A stretch of DNA of 64,000 nucleotides from Candidatus Latescibacterota bacterium (GCA_965215195.1 CBDCDC010000001.1:864001-928000), one strand, 5' to 3'; shown: positions 28,823 through 39,900, numbered from the stretch's first letter. The notes: generated by a model from the letters alone, not told the origin. Numbers and translations are program-made.

Positions 28823-30108
28823 GGTTGGAACTTCTGAATCCGCTCGTTGAACGTATCGGCCACGTAAATGAACCCCGCGGCGTCGCGGGCAATGCCGCCG
28901 GCCACCACCTCGCGCTCGCCCTCTTCACCCGTGGCCATATCGACGACGACTTGGATGCGGCCGGCAAAGCGGAACTGATCGTCCCCCTCGCCCTCCTCGC
29001 CCCAGCGCGTCAGGTAGTGCCCCCGCTGGAACACCTCGATGCGGCTGTGGCCGGCATTGACCACGAAAGCGCGGTCGGCCGCTTCATCGACGGCAAAGTC
29101 GGTGGGCCGCAGCAAAAGCCCGTTGCCGCGGTCCTGATGCGATTTGGGATCGCGGCCAATGACGCGACTGGCCGCGGCGCGCTGCGGGTCGTCGTACACC
29201 ACTAGCCGAGGTGCCTGCCAGTCGCCGGCGCGCAGGGCCAACGGCTCGATCAGCGCGGCGAAACGCCCTTGCCAAAGCCGCAAGCTGGCCACCAGCAGGG
29301 CCGGGATGGCGTACTGGACTTGCTGCTCGCCAGCTAGGTCGAATAGCTGCAATTGGCTAATGCTCTCGATGTAGATGGCATCGCCGTCGACGACGATGTG
29401 GCGGGCGAACAGCCCGGATAGGGGGCGCGTCCACAGCAGCCGACCATCCGGGGCGAATTTCGCCCAAAAGGCCTCTGGCTTCTGGCGCGAGCGGTGCAGG
29501 TTGTACACCACGTAGAGGTGGTCGTCGTCGTCGAGGGCCAGTGCCGGACCGTCCAGTGCGCTCGTTTCCATGCAGGCCAGCGGCTCCGCGGTATAGACCC
29601 ATGCGCCCAAGGCGTGGCCCGTGCGGTCGAAGCGGTCGACGCGCCCCGCGCCCACACCGACGACAAAGACCGTGCCGTTGCGGCTGATGGCCAGCCGCGT
29701 GGGGGCCGTGCCCGCGGCCAGTGCCCAGCTTGCGACGCGGTGGTGGAACCCGCCCGCGGCCGTTGTGCTGACCAGCTCGTGGACGGTCTCGTCCTCGCCG
29801 AAGAAGCTGACGACCCGGTAGCTGTACTGCGCGTTGGCCAACAAGCCGGCGTCTGTAAAGGTGGTGTCGGCTGCGGATTCCACGCGCGCAATGGCTGCAA
29901 ATTCGCCGCCTGTGGTGCGCTGGATTTCGCCGTAGAGAAAGCCCGCTGAAGGCACCGGGTGCCAGACCAGATGCGCGGCAGCCTCCGCGCTAGAGAACGT
30001 CGCGGTGAGCACGGGGGGGGCCGCAAGCCAAGGCGGCACCTTTTTGCCGGCAAAGGGGCCGATGCAGGCGACGAGTGCGGCGGCGAGACAAAAGACGAGT
30101 CGGTTCAT
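28819..30108 (-). CDS. Lipoprotein with FN3-like domain and NHL beta-propeller
   Basis: LVAC lipobox; FTDAGL...YSYRV; RPTDFAVD and IYVADTFNERIQKF. Confidence 0.75.
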   Translation of the reverse strand: MNRLVFCLAAALVACIGPFAGKKVPPWLAAPPVLTATFSSAEAAAHLVWHPVPSAGFLYGEIQRTTGGEFAAIARVESAADTTFTDAGLLANAQYSYRVVSFFGEDETVHELVSTTAAGGFHHRVASWALAAGTAPTRLAISRNGTVFVVGVGAGRVDRFDRTGHALGAWVYTAEPLACMETSALDGPALALDDDDHLYVVYNLHRSRQKPEAFWAKFAPDGRLLWTRPLSGLFARHIVVDGDAIYIESISQLQLFDLAGEQQVQYAIPALLVASLRLWQGRFAALIEPLALRAGDWQAPRLVVYDDPQRAAASRVIGRDPKSHQDRGNGLLLRPTDFAVDEAADRAFVVNAGHSRIEVFQRGHYLTRWGEEGEGDDQFRFAGRIQVVVDMATGEEGEREVVAGGIARDAAGFIYVADTFNERIQKFQP

Positions 30109-30157
30109 AGTGCAAAAGAGATAGGCCCGCCCTCTCGCACTGTCAAGGAACGCGGGG

Positions 30158-32320
30158 TCACCCCAAAATGAAGACGGCGTTGCCGACCTTGCCGGTGAAG
30201 TAGTCGATGACCAGCCACAACCCATTGCACAGGGCCTCGCCCATGATCAGCCCCATGAAAAAATGCTGGCTCGTCCGATAGTGCGCCGCCCCGCCAAAAC
30301 GCAGAATCAGCTTCTTGAGCACCCAAGCTAAGAGCACGCAAGACCAGATTTTGTTGATCATGAGGTTCGCGCCGATGGGAAAACCTATGGGGTGTAGGGG
30401 CCACCACAGAATGTACTGCCGCGCCCAAGTCAGCAGGACCATGGCCCCGGCACCACCGGCGAAAAAGGCTAGCCCCAGCCAATCGGCCCCGGCCGGTTCA
30501 AGGGTGCGCCGCGCCATGTCGTAGATGGTCGTCGGGCCGCCGCGAAAGCGCCAGCTATCGAGGTTGATGCCCCCGTACTTATAGGCCAGATGGAAAACCA
30601 TCCAACAGGAACCGGCTACCCCGATGAAGATCGCCGCCGCCGTGGCCCAGAAGACGACCCTTCTACTTTGGCGGTCCATATCCTGAATCAGCTTCAGACC
30701 ATTGGCCACCATCGCCAGTAGGAAGATGCGGATATCCGCCGACCAGATATAGGCAAAGGAAAGGTTGAAGACGCCCCCTGCCCCGACCCACTGCGAGCCG
30801 ATGCCTTGGACGATCAGGTCTGGAGCGATCATCGGCGAACGCACCGCTGCCATGCCCGCCTCGCACACCACCCGTGCGATGCCGATGAATATCAGCAGCG
30901 CCACCGCGACAAATAGCGCACTCAGCCAGAGTTTGGTGCCCATCAGCCAGAGCCAGCCGACCACGCCCGCCGTCCCCAGCACCGCCCCGACTACGGCCGC
31001 ACGGTAGGACATGATCTCGTCGCCGTCGTCTATACCGGCACCCCTGCCCAGCGCCTTGCGCCACACGTCCTGTAAGTGGCCCCGCCCGACCCACAACCCT
31101 AGGAGCACCATAGTGATCAATGCACCGCCGGCTTGGTAGGCCAAAAGTGGCTGGTCGGAGACCCCATAGACGAACTTGCTCGTCGAGCGCAGGCCGGATA
31201 AGGCCAGAAACTCAGCTTCGACCTTGGAGAGCAAGTAGAAAACCCAAATCCCGGCCGCTACTTGGGTGCTGATTAGATACGAGAAGCCGACCAGCGCAAA
31301 GCTGATCCATATTTGCACGGTCTGCTGACCGATAAACGGCAGCGACCAGATCAGGGGGATGCTAGGCAGCGACGGATTGTACTGATGCAGGGCCTTGAGG
31401 CTGCCGTAAGCCAGCGGCACGGCTGCGCCCCACCACAGGGCCTTGCGCTTGAGAAAACCGTTGACTAGCCCCTCGCCGCGCTCGCCTTGCACTATGGCCA
31501 CCCCGAGCTGGGTTAGCGGATAGGCCAGCCGCTCGCGCTCAACCCACTGCCGGCGCAAAATGACTGCGCTCGAAACCATGGCCACGTATAGCGCCAAGAG
31601 CAACACCGCCCACCAAGCCAGCGGTTCGACCCAGGCCGCGTAGGGAATGTCGGCGAGTGCGCCGCCCTCGTAAAAGCCGCGGTTGCCCGCGCCGTCATCG
31701 ACGAGGATGCGCTGCCGGGGAAAGAGCGGAAAGAGCTTTTCGGCCCATTGGTTGGCCGGGGAGGCGTAGTAGAAAATGCCGGTGAGGGCTGGCAAAAGCT
31801 GCTGTGTCAGCCCCATAGTGCAGAGGGCGGAGACGACCAGCAACATCACGTACACCAACACTAGCTCGGCGCGGTTGAGCGCGAGGGTGCCCCCGCGCTG
31901 CACCAGCGGCACGTTCCACAGCGCAGACAGGGCGAGGAAGGCCCCAAACCAAAAGCCAGGCGAGTACCAATCAACCGCGCCGCGGCTGGCCCAATAGCTG
32001 CAAAAGCCGCCCGTGGCCAGTAGGGCCAGCCCCACCGCTAGGCGGAAGTCGCGGGCGGTGAGCTTGAAGAGCGCATTGAGCAAGCCGACCAGCACTAAAA
32101 ACAGAAAGATGGCCCCCGGGGTATTGAAGTCGAAGGCCATGTTGGTCGCTCGCATTGCCATGTTGGCGTAGGGTGCGCCAATGGACAGGAAGAAGCTGAG
32201 GAACGCACCGACCCAAAAGCCGCGCAGCGTCAGATGAGAGCGACCTGCGGCATCGGTGAGTCCATTGTCTTGGCCGCCTTGGAGGTGCCGGCCATACCGG
32301 GAAGGGAGCGACCTATTCAC
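30158..32320 (-). CDS. Polytopic membrane protein, DUF6785/DUF6784-like (putative transporter)
   Basis: RQW...ERLAYPL and WWPLHPIGF motifs; many TM segments. Confidence 0.75.
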   Translation of the reverse strand: MNRSLPSRYGRHLQGGQDNGLTDAAGRSHLTLRGFWVGAFLSFFLSIGAPYANMAMRATNMAFDFNTPGAIFLFLVLVGLLNALFKLTARDFRLAVGLALLATGGFCSYWASRGAVDWYSPGFWFGAFLALSALWNVPLVQRGGTLALNRAELVLVYVMLLVVSALCTMGLTQQLLPALTGIFYYASPANQWAEKLFPLFPRQRILVDDGAGNRGFYEGGALADIPYAAWVEPLAWWAVLLLALYVAMVSSAVILRRQWVERERLAYPLTQLGVAIVQGERGEGLVNGFLKRKALWWGAAVPLAYGSLKALHQYNPSLPSIPLIWSLPFIGQQTVQIWISFALVGFSYLISTQVAAGIWVFYLLSKVEAEFLALSGLRSTSKFVYGVSDQPLLAYQAGGALITMVLLGLWVGRGHLQDVWRKALGRGAGIDDGDEIMSYRAAVVGAVLGTAGVVGWLWLMGTKLWLSALFVAVALLIFIGIARVVCEAGMAAVRSPMIAPDLIVQGIGSQWVGAGGVFNLSFAYIWSADIRIFLLAMVANGLKLIQDMDRQSRRVVFWATAAAIFIGVAGSCWMVFHLAYKYGGINLDSWRFRGGPTTIYDMARRTLEPAGADWLGLAFFAGGAGAMVLLTWARQYILWWPLHPIGFPIGANLMINKIWSCVLLAWVLKKLILRFGGAAHYRTSQHFFMGLIMGEALCNGLWLVIDYFTGKVGNAVFILG

Positions 32321-34959
32321 CGTGCAGTTTGCGGCTTAACCGTGCAGGTGGGACAGACGCGCCGCAGGTGCTCGCGCCGCACCCGCCACAGGTCGTGGGC
32401 CTTCACTAATTCGCATTCGGCCTGCCCCACCTTGCCCCGGCGCTGCAACTTCCTCCGGTCGAGTGTTGAGTCCAGCTTGTGGGTTGGGACCGGGCAGGGG
32501 CCGCTGCGAAAGGCCAGCCCCAAGACCTCGTCCACGGTCCCGTCCTCGCGCACGATTCGGTCCTCGAGGGCAAAGGACTCAATGCAGCCGCAGGGCACGG
32601 ACAGCTCGGCTACGTGATAAGCCGTGCTCGTATCGTGCGTCGTGCCCAGCGCGAGGATGTAGCCGCCGCCGTGGACCAGTTTGCCGATCGGGCTATCTGC
32701 GGCCCAGATGCCGGCTTCGAGGTGCCCGCGGCAATAGTCGCTGGCCCGCGGTCCAATCGCCGCCACCGCGTGGGTGGGATGCATGCTGCGCTCGGCCTCG
32801 GTGCGCCGCCACAGCGCGTCTGGAATTGCGCCGTTGGTGGTGGGCGTGGTCAGCCGGTTGAAGACTTTGGCCGCGCGGTGATTAAACGAAGGTGCCAGCA
32901 GGGTTCCCCGCTTGCCGACCGCCTGCAAGAGCGCATCGACGACGGTTTCGGCGCCGCCCTCGACAAAACCAATGGCCGATAGGGAGCTGTGTACCATCAG
33001 ATCCATGCCCGGGGCGACGCCCAAGCGGCGCAGATCTCTCACCAGTTCCCGGCGGCCGATCATATGGGCTGGGTCGGTCAATTCGGCATAGCCCAATTCG
33101 GCGTGTGCTGCGAAGTACTCGTGGACCCGAGCGACGGCAATGGGCCCTGCCGTCCGGGGCCCGGCCCGATAGTCGGCTTCCTCGCAGGCAATGCGCTCGG
33201 CGATTTCGCCCAAATTCCGGCGGCCGTCGGCCCAAAACAGCGCCCACGGCGCAAGCTTTGCGGCCGCAATGCACGCATTGATCGCGGCCGGCGCGTTCTC
33301 GGCGGTCGGCGAGAGCACGGCCGTGCGCCGCGGCACCAGCCGCGCTTGGGCCGTGCGCCGCGCTCGCTTGCCCGGCAGCGCGTTCTCGGCTGCTGCGGCC
33401 GCCACTTGCCGCTCGCTATCGTCCATGGCCTCCAAGAGCTCGCGCCGACTGCCTCCCCAGAGCCAGCGCGCGAGCCGCCGCACACTGCGGCTGTGCGCCT
33501 CGCGCACGTACTCGGCCTCGGCTCGGGGGCGCTTTTTCTTTTGTAAAACCGAGAGAAAGTACTGGGTTTCGGTGCGGACCAGCTCCCCCACTTCGCGGCT
33601 GCCCATGTCGGCCAAGTAGTACAGATAGGCCGCCATGGAGGCCGCGCAGGTCTCCAGCCCCCGCGGGCTGAGCAGGGCTTCCACGTCGGCCGAAGAGTGG
33701 TACGCGTCAAAGCCGTGCCCGCTCTTGCGGTGGTGCGTGGTGATCCAAGGGCAGGGAAATCCGTATTGGGGATCGCCGATCAAGGTATCAGACGTCGCCA
33801 TGAATCGCGCTAGATGCACTCGATAGCCCGGCTTGTGTTGCCGCACCCCGGCCCGCAAGATGGCCGCGCCGACCCGGTCGACGAAACCAGCCGACATGGG
33901 GATCGTCGCGTGCCACTCCAGTCGGCCATCGCAGATAGCTGGCTGGGAGCCGAGGGTGTCGATACACGCGCCGGCCAAAGGGGTCTGCAAGCGCCGCACC
34001 TTCTCTAGATAGGCGAAGAAACCGTAGCACTCGTACGCATTGAGCAGGCGAATGGTGCGCTTGGGGCGGGCGAGTTTTCCCGCTCGGATAAGCCCTTCGA
34101 TCACGCGGGCGATCTCGAGGGTGGTGGCCACGCCCGAAGCATTGTCTATGGCCCCGGGCTCGGCGCTGTGCGCGATGGCCCACACTTCGTCCTGCGGGTC
34201 CCCTGCTCCCTCGATGACGCCGCTGACCACGTCGTGGCTGCCGACGTATTTGCGGATGTCGGCTCTTGCGTGCAGGGTTAGGGGACCGTGCTCCCGCGCT
34301 AGCTGCCGCAGCCGCTCCCCCTGCTGCTCAGAGATCGCAAAGCCCACCAACCGCGCCGCAGCATGTTCTAGGGGAATTGCGCCCCAGCCGAATTTGGTCC
34401 ACGCCACGGCGCTGGGCAGGTTGGGCACTGGCCGGTCGGTGATGACGGCGGCGGCCCCCTTGGCGGCCAAAAGACCGAGCTGGGCGCGCGGGTCTAGCTT
34501 GGTCAGCACAATCGCACCGGCGAGTCCGTCGGCTGGCTGCTGTTGGATGTCCTCGACTTGGTCGAGAATCACTAGCCGCAGCCGCAAGCCGCTCGCCGGG
34601 GTTGCCGCGCTCCACTGGATGACGTGCCAGGGATTCTCCTGCCAATTTAGCACTCGCTCGGCGAGCGGATGCACCACGTCCACGGTCGCGCCCGCGACAT
34701 CGGCGGCCTCGCGGATGATCCACCGGCCCGACCCAAGCCGCCCTCCGGTCTGGATGGACTCAACCTCCACGCGTGCGCCGGCGGCCTCGTAGCGGCCCGT
34801 TAGGGTAGCTGTCGTGTCGTGGAAGCGGTCAAACGAGTTCCAGCGATCGGTAGTGACCACTTCCCGCACCGCCGCCATCATCTCCTGTCCATTCGCCTGC
34901 TGCAACATTAGCGGCAAGGTTTGGCGACAGAGCTGTTGTAATGATTTTGCGCTAGGCAT
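32317..34959 (-). CDS. Fusion of an M28/DUF4910-like Zn peptidase and an AAC(3)-family N-acetyltransferase
   Basis: AHSAEPGAIDNASG and YHSSAD in the N-part; VHSSLSAIG, RSMHPTHAVAAIG and TAYHVAE in the C-part. Confidence 0.8.
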   Translation of the reverse strand: MPSAKSLQQLCRQTLPLMLQQANGQEMMAAVREVVTTDRWNSFDRFHDTTATLTGRYEAAGARVEVESIQTGGRLGSGRWIIREAADVAGATVDVVHPLAERVLNWQENPWHVIQWSAATPASGLRLRLVILDQVEDIQQQPADGLAGAIVLTKLDPRAQLGLLAAKGAAAVITDRPVPNLPSAVAWTKFGWGAIPLEHAAARLVGFAISEQQGERLRQLAREHGPLTLHARADIRKYVGSHDVVSGVIEGAGDPQDEVWAIAHSAEPGAIDNASGVATTLEIARVIEGLIRAGKLARPKRTIRLLNAYECYGFFAYLEKVRRLQTPLAGACIDTLGSQPAICDGRLEWHATIPMSAGFVDRVGAAILRAGVRQHKPGYRVHLARFMATSDTLIGDPQYGFPCPWITTHHRKSGHGFDAYHSSADVEALLSPRGLETCAASMAAYLYYLADMGSREVGELVRTETQYFLSVLQKKKRPRAEAEYVREAHSRSVRRLARWLWGGSRRELLEAMDDSERQVAAAAAENALPGKRARRTAQARLVPRRTAVLSPTAENAPAAINACIAAAKLAPWALFWADGRRNLGEIAERIACEEADYRAGPRTAGPIAVARVHEYFAAHAELGYAELTDPAHMIGRRELVRDLRRLGVAPGMDLMVHSSLSAIGFVEGGAETVVDALLQAVGKRGTLLAPSFNHRAAKVFNRLTTPTTNGAIPDALWRRTEAERSMHPTHAVAAIGPRASDYCRGHLEAGIWAADSPIGKLVHGGGYILALGTTHDTSTAYHVAELSVPCGCIESFALEDRIVREDGTVDEVLGLAFRSGPCPVPTHKLDSTLDRRKLQRRGKVGQAECELVKAHDLWRVRREHLRRVCPTCTVKPQTAR

Positions 34960-35044
34960 GATTTCCTCCGTTTATTAATATGTAATATGTAGGGTGACCA
35001 CCCTATGCTGTGCAGGGCGGCTGGCCATTTATTTAACTTTCCAC

Positions 35045-35073
35045 TTGACATCTCGTTTTGAAGGTGATAAAAT
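35045..35073 (+). promoter_or_regulatory. Near-consensus sigma70 promoter of leader copy B
   Basis: TTGACA-17 nt-TAAAAT with extended -10 TG. Confidence 0.75.
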
Positions 35074-35214
35074 AATCAACAGTTATCTTTGCTGATAGAG
35101 GACGAACAGGACATGGGCACAAATTCAATAAAAAGAATGCCACCGCAGGGAGCGGCGCTTACTGCGATAGCTGTGCCTTGTTCTACGCTTGAAAACCCCG
35201 TTGAATTTTTTTGT

Positions 35215-35510
35215 CGTAAGTCGTTAAAAAACAACAAGTTACCCCCCCCCCCCCCCCCCCCCTCAAAAATGCTGTAAGTCTTTAAAAAACAGTAAGTTAT
35301 CCCATCTTCAAGATCTCTCTCGAGCGCTAAGCGCTAAATTCTCTACTTCTCAGCACCGACCGACGGATCCCAAGCGGACGTTTGGTAATCCGGCTGGTCT
35401 AGGCGTCTGTGTTTTCGCCGCACGGTATCAAGGCCCCGGCCGCGCCGTGCGGCATTCGTGTGTACGCCGTGGCTGTCGTCTGCCATGGCCGACGGTTCAT
35501 GCTGCTAATT
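35215..35510 (+). repeat. Conserved poly-C structured 5' leader, copy B
   Basis: C21 run at 35242-35262; duplicated GTAAGTC.TTAAAAAAC motif; hairpins homologous to 19111-19320. Confidence 0.75.
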
Positions 35511-35620
35511 TTCTATCAACCATCGTTTGTCGCCTGTTTCAGTAATTGAAATGGGCACTCACACCGCCAAAGGGTGGTTACTTGAAAATCACCTTATTGG
35601 CAAATTTAGAGGAGGCCTAT

Positions 35621-36559
35621 ATGCCTACGCTTAACTGGGGCCGAATGGTTGCCCTTTTTCTTTGTGTGCTGTTCGCTCGGAACGTGTCTTTCGCCCAAGA
35701 TGATCAGTGGGAAACGGTTGTTGTCTATATGGTGGATCCTGTTGTTAAGGAGAGCCTCGCACGGGAGGTGGAGGATTATATAGACAAATGGAAGGACCCT
35801 TTAACTTGGGAGACTTTCGAGCGTGATTTTACTCCAGCGAGGAACGCTCAAATGGCTCAGGTGGCTCGGGACAATGATTTTCGGAAACGAGAAGCTGAGG
35901 CTCTCTTAAGGGAAGATCTGAGGGATCGAGGAGATGGTACGAGCTCTTGGTATCCGTCTTGGATTCCTTTAGCTCTTGCTGAAACTACGGAGGACTCGCT
36001 TTTCAAGAACATTCTAAACATTGAGGGGGCTCCATACTTTGACAGGCCTGGCCTCCAGACCCTGAGAGAGTTTTTCGAACAGGACGGAGCCGAGCCTGAC
36101 CGCGCGGCGGAAGCTTTTAGGTTCTGTGATGATGACAGGCCGCGCTGTCGCAAGGAGTTTTATGCTCATTTCAGGGATTTGGTTGATATCCACGACGCGT
36201 CCTTGGTTGCTCCTTCTGAACCAGGCGAAGACCATCACCACCCGGAGACTTCTCTTCGCTCTCCCATTATTTCGTTTACGATTCAGGCGAAGGCTTCTGA
36301 AGATTCGGGCGTCCCCACGACACCTTCTCGTACTCCTTTTGTGGATGAACTAAATGAAGGTTTCAGACAGGCACAGCCGGGGGAGTCTAGAGAATTCGTA
36401 GACTTTCGCTGGGAAAGTATTCAACTTTTGCAGCCGGCGGCTATGGATCCTGATGAGTATGTGATTGATGTATCGCCTTATTGGCAGCCGGCGGCTAAGT
36501 CTGTCGCTTCCACTGAGACTTCCTCTTGGGGCCGTATCAAGGCGACCTTCGCCGATTAA
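35621..36559 (+). CDS. Secreted hypothetical protein with SWGRIK tail (paralog 1)
   Basis: GAGGAGG RBS; signal peptide ending SFA-Q; ends ETSSWGRIKATFAD; paralog of 40330-41238. Confidence 0.8.
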   Translation: MPTLNWGRMVALFLCVLFARNVSFAQDDQWETVVVYMVDPVVKESLAREVEDYIDKWKDPLTWETFERDFTPARNAQMAQVARDNDFRKREAEALLREDLRDRGDGTSSWYPSWIPLALAETTEDSLFKNILNIEGAPYFDRPGLQTLREFFEQDGAEPDRAAEAFRFCDDDRPRCRKEFYAHFRDLVDIHDASLVAPSEPGEDHHHPETSLRSPIISFTIQAKASEDSGVPTTPSRTPFVDELNEGFRQAQPGESREFVDFRWESIQLLQPAAMDPDEYVIDVSPYWQPAAKSVASTETSSWGRIKATFAD

Positions 36560-36566
36560 CCTGTGA

Positions 36567-36603
36567 TAAGTCCCGGCCGGGCAATAGGTCTGGCCGGGAC
36601 TTA
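36567..36603. terminator. Strong hairpin after paralog 1 (repeated at ~41246-41282)
   Basis: TAAGTCCCGGCCGG/CTGGCCGGGACTTA; no clear U-tract. Confidence 0.5.
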
Positions 36604-36743
36604 ACGTTCTACAACACCTCATAGCTTCAGCTCCATTCCTCTCCCTCACCATCTCCCTAAAGGGGTTTTGAGACAGCTTCTCAGTTCCACTCCTCCTCAC
36701 CATTTCCCCAAATAAGTAGTGTATTAATAGTATGACATTATAA

Positions 36744-36873
36744 ATAGGTCGGATCGGGATGCCCCTCGGGGCTTACATCCGGCCTTGGTCGCCTCATCCG
36801 GGGCGGCTACCTCGGCCATAGCGATGGCGTACGGTCGGCATATCGTCGATGGACGACTCCAACTAGAAGCCGG
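36744..36873 (+). pseudogene. Degenerate copy of the 3' end of the FGE-domain gene (39896-40078)
   Basis: About 12 substitutions, a 1-nt indel and a 52-nt deletion relative to the source. Confidence 0.8.
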
Positions 36874-36906
36874 TTAACCCAAACTCTTAAATTAGGGAGA
36901 TTTTTT

Positions 36907-39900
36907 ATGAAGTTTCTAATGGTATTTCTGATGGGCTTGATGCTTTCTGTTCAAGCGAATACGACGCCGCAGTTCACTGTTTCCGGGCAGGTGCGGCTGG
37001 CCGATGGGCGGCCAGTGGCCGGGGCCCAAGTGACGCTGTTTGACTTGGCTGATTTGCATCAAGGCGCGGTGGCACGGGCGAGGACCGATGCGTCCGGGTA
37101 TTTCGCGCTGCCGCTGGCGTCGTTGGGCGGGTCGGCATTGCCGCAGGGATTTGTCTTAGGACCGAATTACCCCAACCCCTTCAACCCTTCGACCGTGATC
37201 CCCTATCAGCTTCCTACGGCTACGCATGTGCGGCTCGATGTGTTTAACGTGTTGGGACAGCATGTTGCGACGCTGGTAGATGCGGAGCGGCAGGCCGGTT
37301 TTCACGCGGCGAAGTGGGACGCGACCAATGCGGCGGGACAGGCGATGGCCGCTGGGGTGTATTTCTATCGGTTGACGGTGGGTGGAGGGCAGCAGATCCA
37401 GCGGATGGTGCTCATTGACGGGCAGGCGGGGATAGCGACGGCGGCTTCCTCGACAGCGGCGCCTATGCCCACATCCACGGATGCGGCGGATCGAGAATAT
37501 GGTCTCGTTGTTTCAGGCGAGGGCTTGACGACCTACGCGGATGCAGCTTTTGGCGTGCGAGGGGGGATGGCAGCGGTAGAGTTGGTAGTGGATGCGGCAC
37601 CGTTGACGACAGGCAAAGTGTGGGCAGGGGAGATTTTGGGGGATGTGAATAACGATGGGCAGGTGCTTCTGGAAGACGCGATGCTCGTAGTGATGTACCG
37701 CTCCAATCCGTCTATTGTAATGCCGAACAACGGCAGTATTCGCTTGGGGGATGTCAACTCCGATGGGGAAGTCAATGAGACTGACGTGCTGGTGATGATG
37801 AGGTATATATCGAATCCGTTGGATGGGGCACTGCCTGCGGGGATCGGTCAAAGGATGGCGAGCGGGAAACGGGCTTCGGACGGCTCAGGTGTGAGCCGGC
37901 TAACCCACCATGAAAATAGTCATAATCAAACTCCTATTTGGTCTCCCTATGGCAGCCACATTGCCTTCTCGTCTTATCGCAACGGCATTTTTGATATTTA
38001 CGTGATGAAAGTGAATGGGGACAGCTTAACCAACCTAACTAACAACAGCGATAGCCGGGATGAGACTCCTACTTGGTCTCCCGATGGCGACCACCTCGCC
38101 TTCTCGTCTTATCGCGACGGCAATTTTGATATTTACGTGATGAAAGTGAATGGGGACAGCTTAACCAACCTAACCGACCACGGGAACGAGGATAAGCAGC
38201 CTGCGTGGTCTCCCGATGGCCGCTACATCGCCTTCTCGTCTAACCGCGACGGCGATCCTGATGTTTTTGATATTTACAGGATGGCAGCGGACGGCTCTGA
38301 TGTGCGCCGGCTAACCAACCACAGGCGTCGGAATTGGACTCCTACTTGGTCTCCCGATGGCCGCTACATCGCCTTCTCCTCTGATCGCGACGACGGCGAT
38401 TTTGATATTTACAGGATGGCAGCGGACGGCTCTGATGTGCGCCGGCTAACCAACCACGATGAAGAGGATAAGCAGCCTGCGTGGTCTCCCGATGGCCGCT
38501 ACATCGCCTTCTCGTCTAACCGCGACGGCGATTTGGCGATTTACGTGATGGCGGCAGAGGACGGCTCAGGTGTGCGCCCGCTAACCGTAACCGACAGGTA
38601 CGCGGATTTGCAGCCTGCGTGGTCTCCCGATGGCCGCCACCTCGCCTTCTCGTCTAACCGCGACGACGAGAAGGCGATTTACGTGATGGCGCTTGGGGAG
38701 GGGGAACAAGAAGGGCCCAGCTTCGGCACTCAGGTCGTGGTAGACCAGACGTACACAGCAGGTGATGAGGTGATCTTAGCTCTGCCGGCGGCTTCGGGCG
38801 GTACCGGGGCGTTGACGTATAGCTTGGATGGGGACTTGCCTGCGGGTCTGGCGTTTGATGATGGGAATCGGACGCTTTCGGGTACGCTGCCGGCGGATGC
38901 GTTGTATGCTGCCTATGGGTTGACGTATCGGGTGGCGGATGCGGCTGGCGCTGGGGCTGAGTTGAGCTTCACGATTGTGGTGATGAAGGTGGAGGAAGTG
39001 GACGACTCTGATACGCCTGCGCCTGGGGAGGGGGAACAAGAAGGGCCCAGCTTCGGTGCTCCGGTCGTGGGAGACCAGACGTACACAGCAGGTGATGAGG
39101 TGATCTTAGCTCTGCCGGCGGCTTCGGGCGGTACCGGGGCGTTGACGTATAGCTTGGATGGGGACTTGCCTGCGGGTCTGGCGTTTGATGATGGGAATCG
39201 GACGCTTTCGGGTACGCTGCCGGCGGATGCGTTGTATGCTGCCTATGGGTTGACGTATCGGGTGGCGGATGCGGCTGGCGCTGGGGCTGAGTTGAGCTTC
39301 ACGATTGTGGTGATGAAGGTGGAGGAACAAGAACCGACGCAGGAGGAAGAGGAGACGTTTTCGCTGCTGGGGGGTGCGTCGATGGAGTTTGTGTGGATCG
39401 AGCCGGGGGTGTTTCAGATGGGGTCGGATACGGGTCGGAGAGATGAAAGGCCGATCCATGAGGTGGAGATTAGTCGTGGTTTTTGGTTGGGGAAGTATGA
39501 GATCACGCAGGGTCAGTGGAAGTCGGTGATGGATGAAGAGCCTTGGTCTGGTCGGGACAGAGTTACGTCAGATTCATCTTATCCGGCGGTGATTATTTCT
39601 TGGGATAAAGTGCATGAGTTTATCGATCGTCTGAATGCGGAAGCGGGCGAGGAATTGTACCGTCTTCCGACGGAGGCGGAGTGGGAGTATGCGTGTCGAG
39701 CGGGGACGCAGACGCGGTGGTCGTTTGGGGATGACGAGAGCCAACTGACGGATCATGCGTGGTATTTTGGTAATAATTATCCTACTGAAGGAGCGAAAGC
39801 GGTAGGTGGTAGGTTGCCGAATCCTTGGGGCCTGTATGATATGCACGGGAATGTTTGGGAGTGGGTTCAGGATTGGTATGACGAGGAGTATTATGATAGG

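Noticed and set aside
32317-33060. Acquired aminoglycoside resistance gene aac(3)
   Set aside because: The domain is fused to a peptidase, has host-like composition and no mobile context; family membership alone does not show resistance.
36744-36873. DGR template repeat for the FGE/CLec domain at 39896-40078
   Set aside because: Only about 4 of 12 substitutions have A in the putative template, the copy has indels including loss of the distal variable segment, and no reverse transcriptase is in the window.
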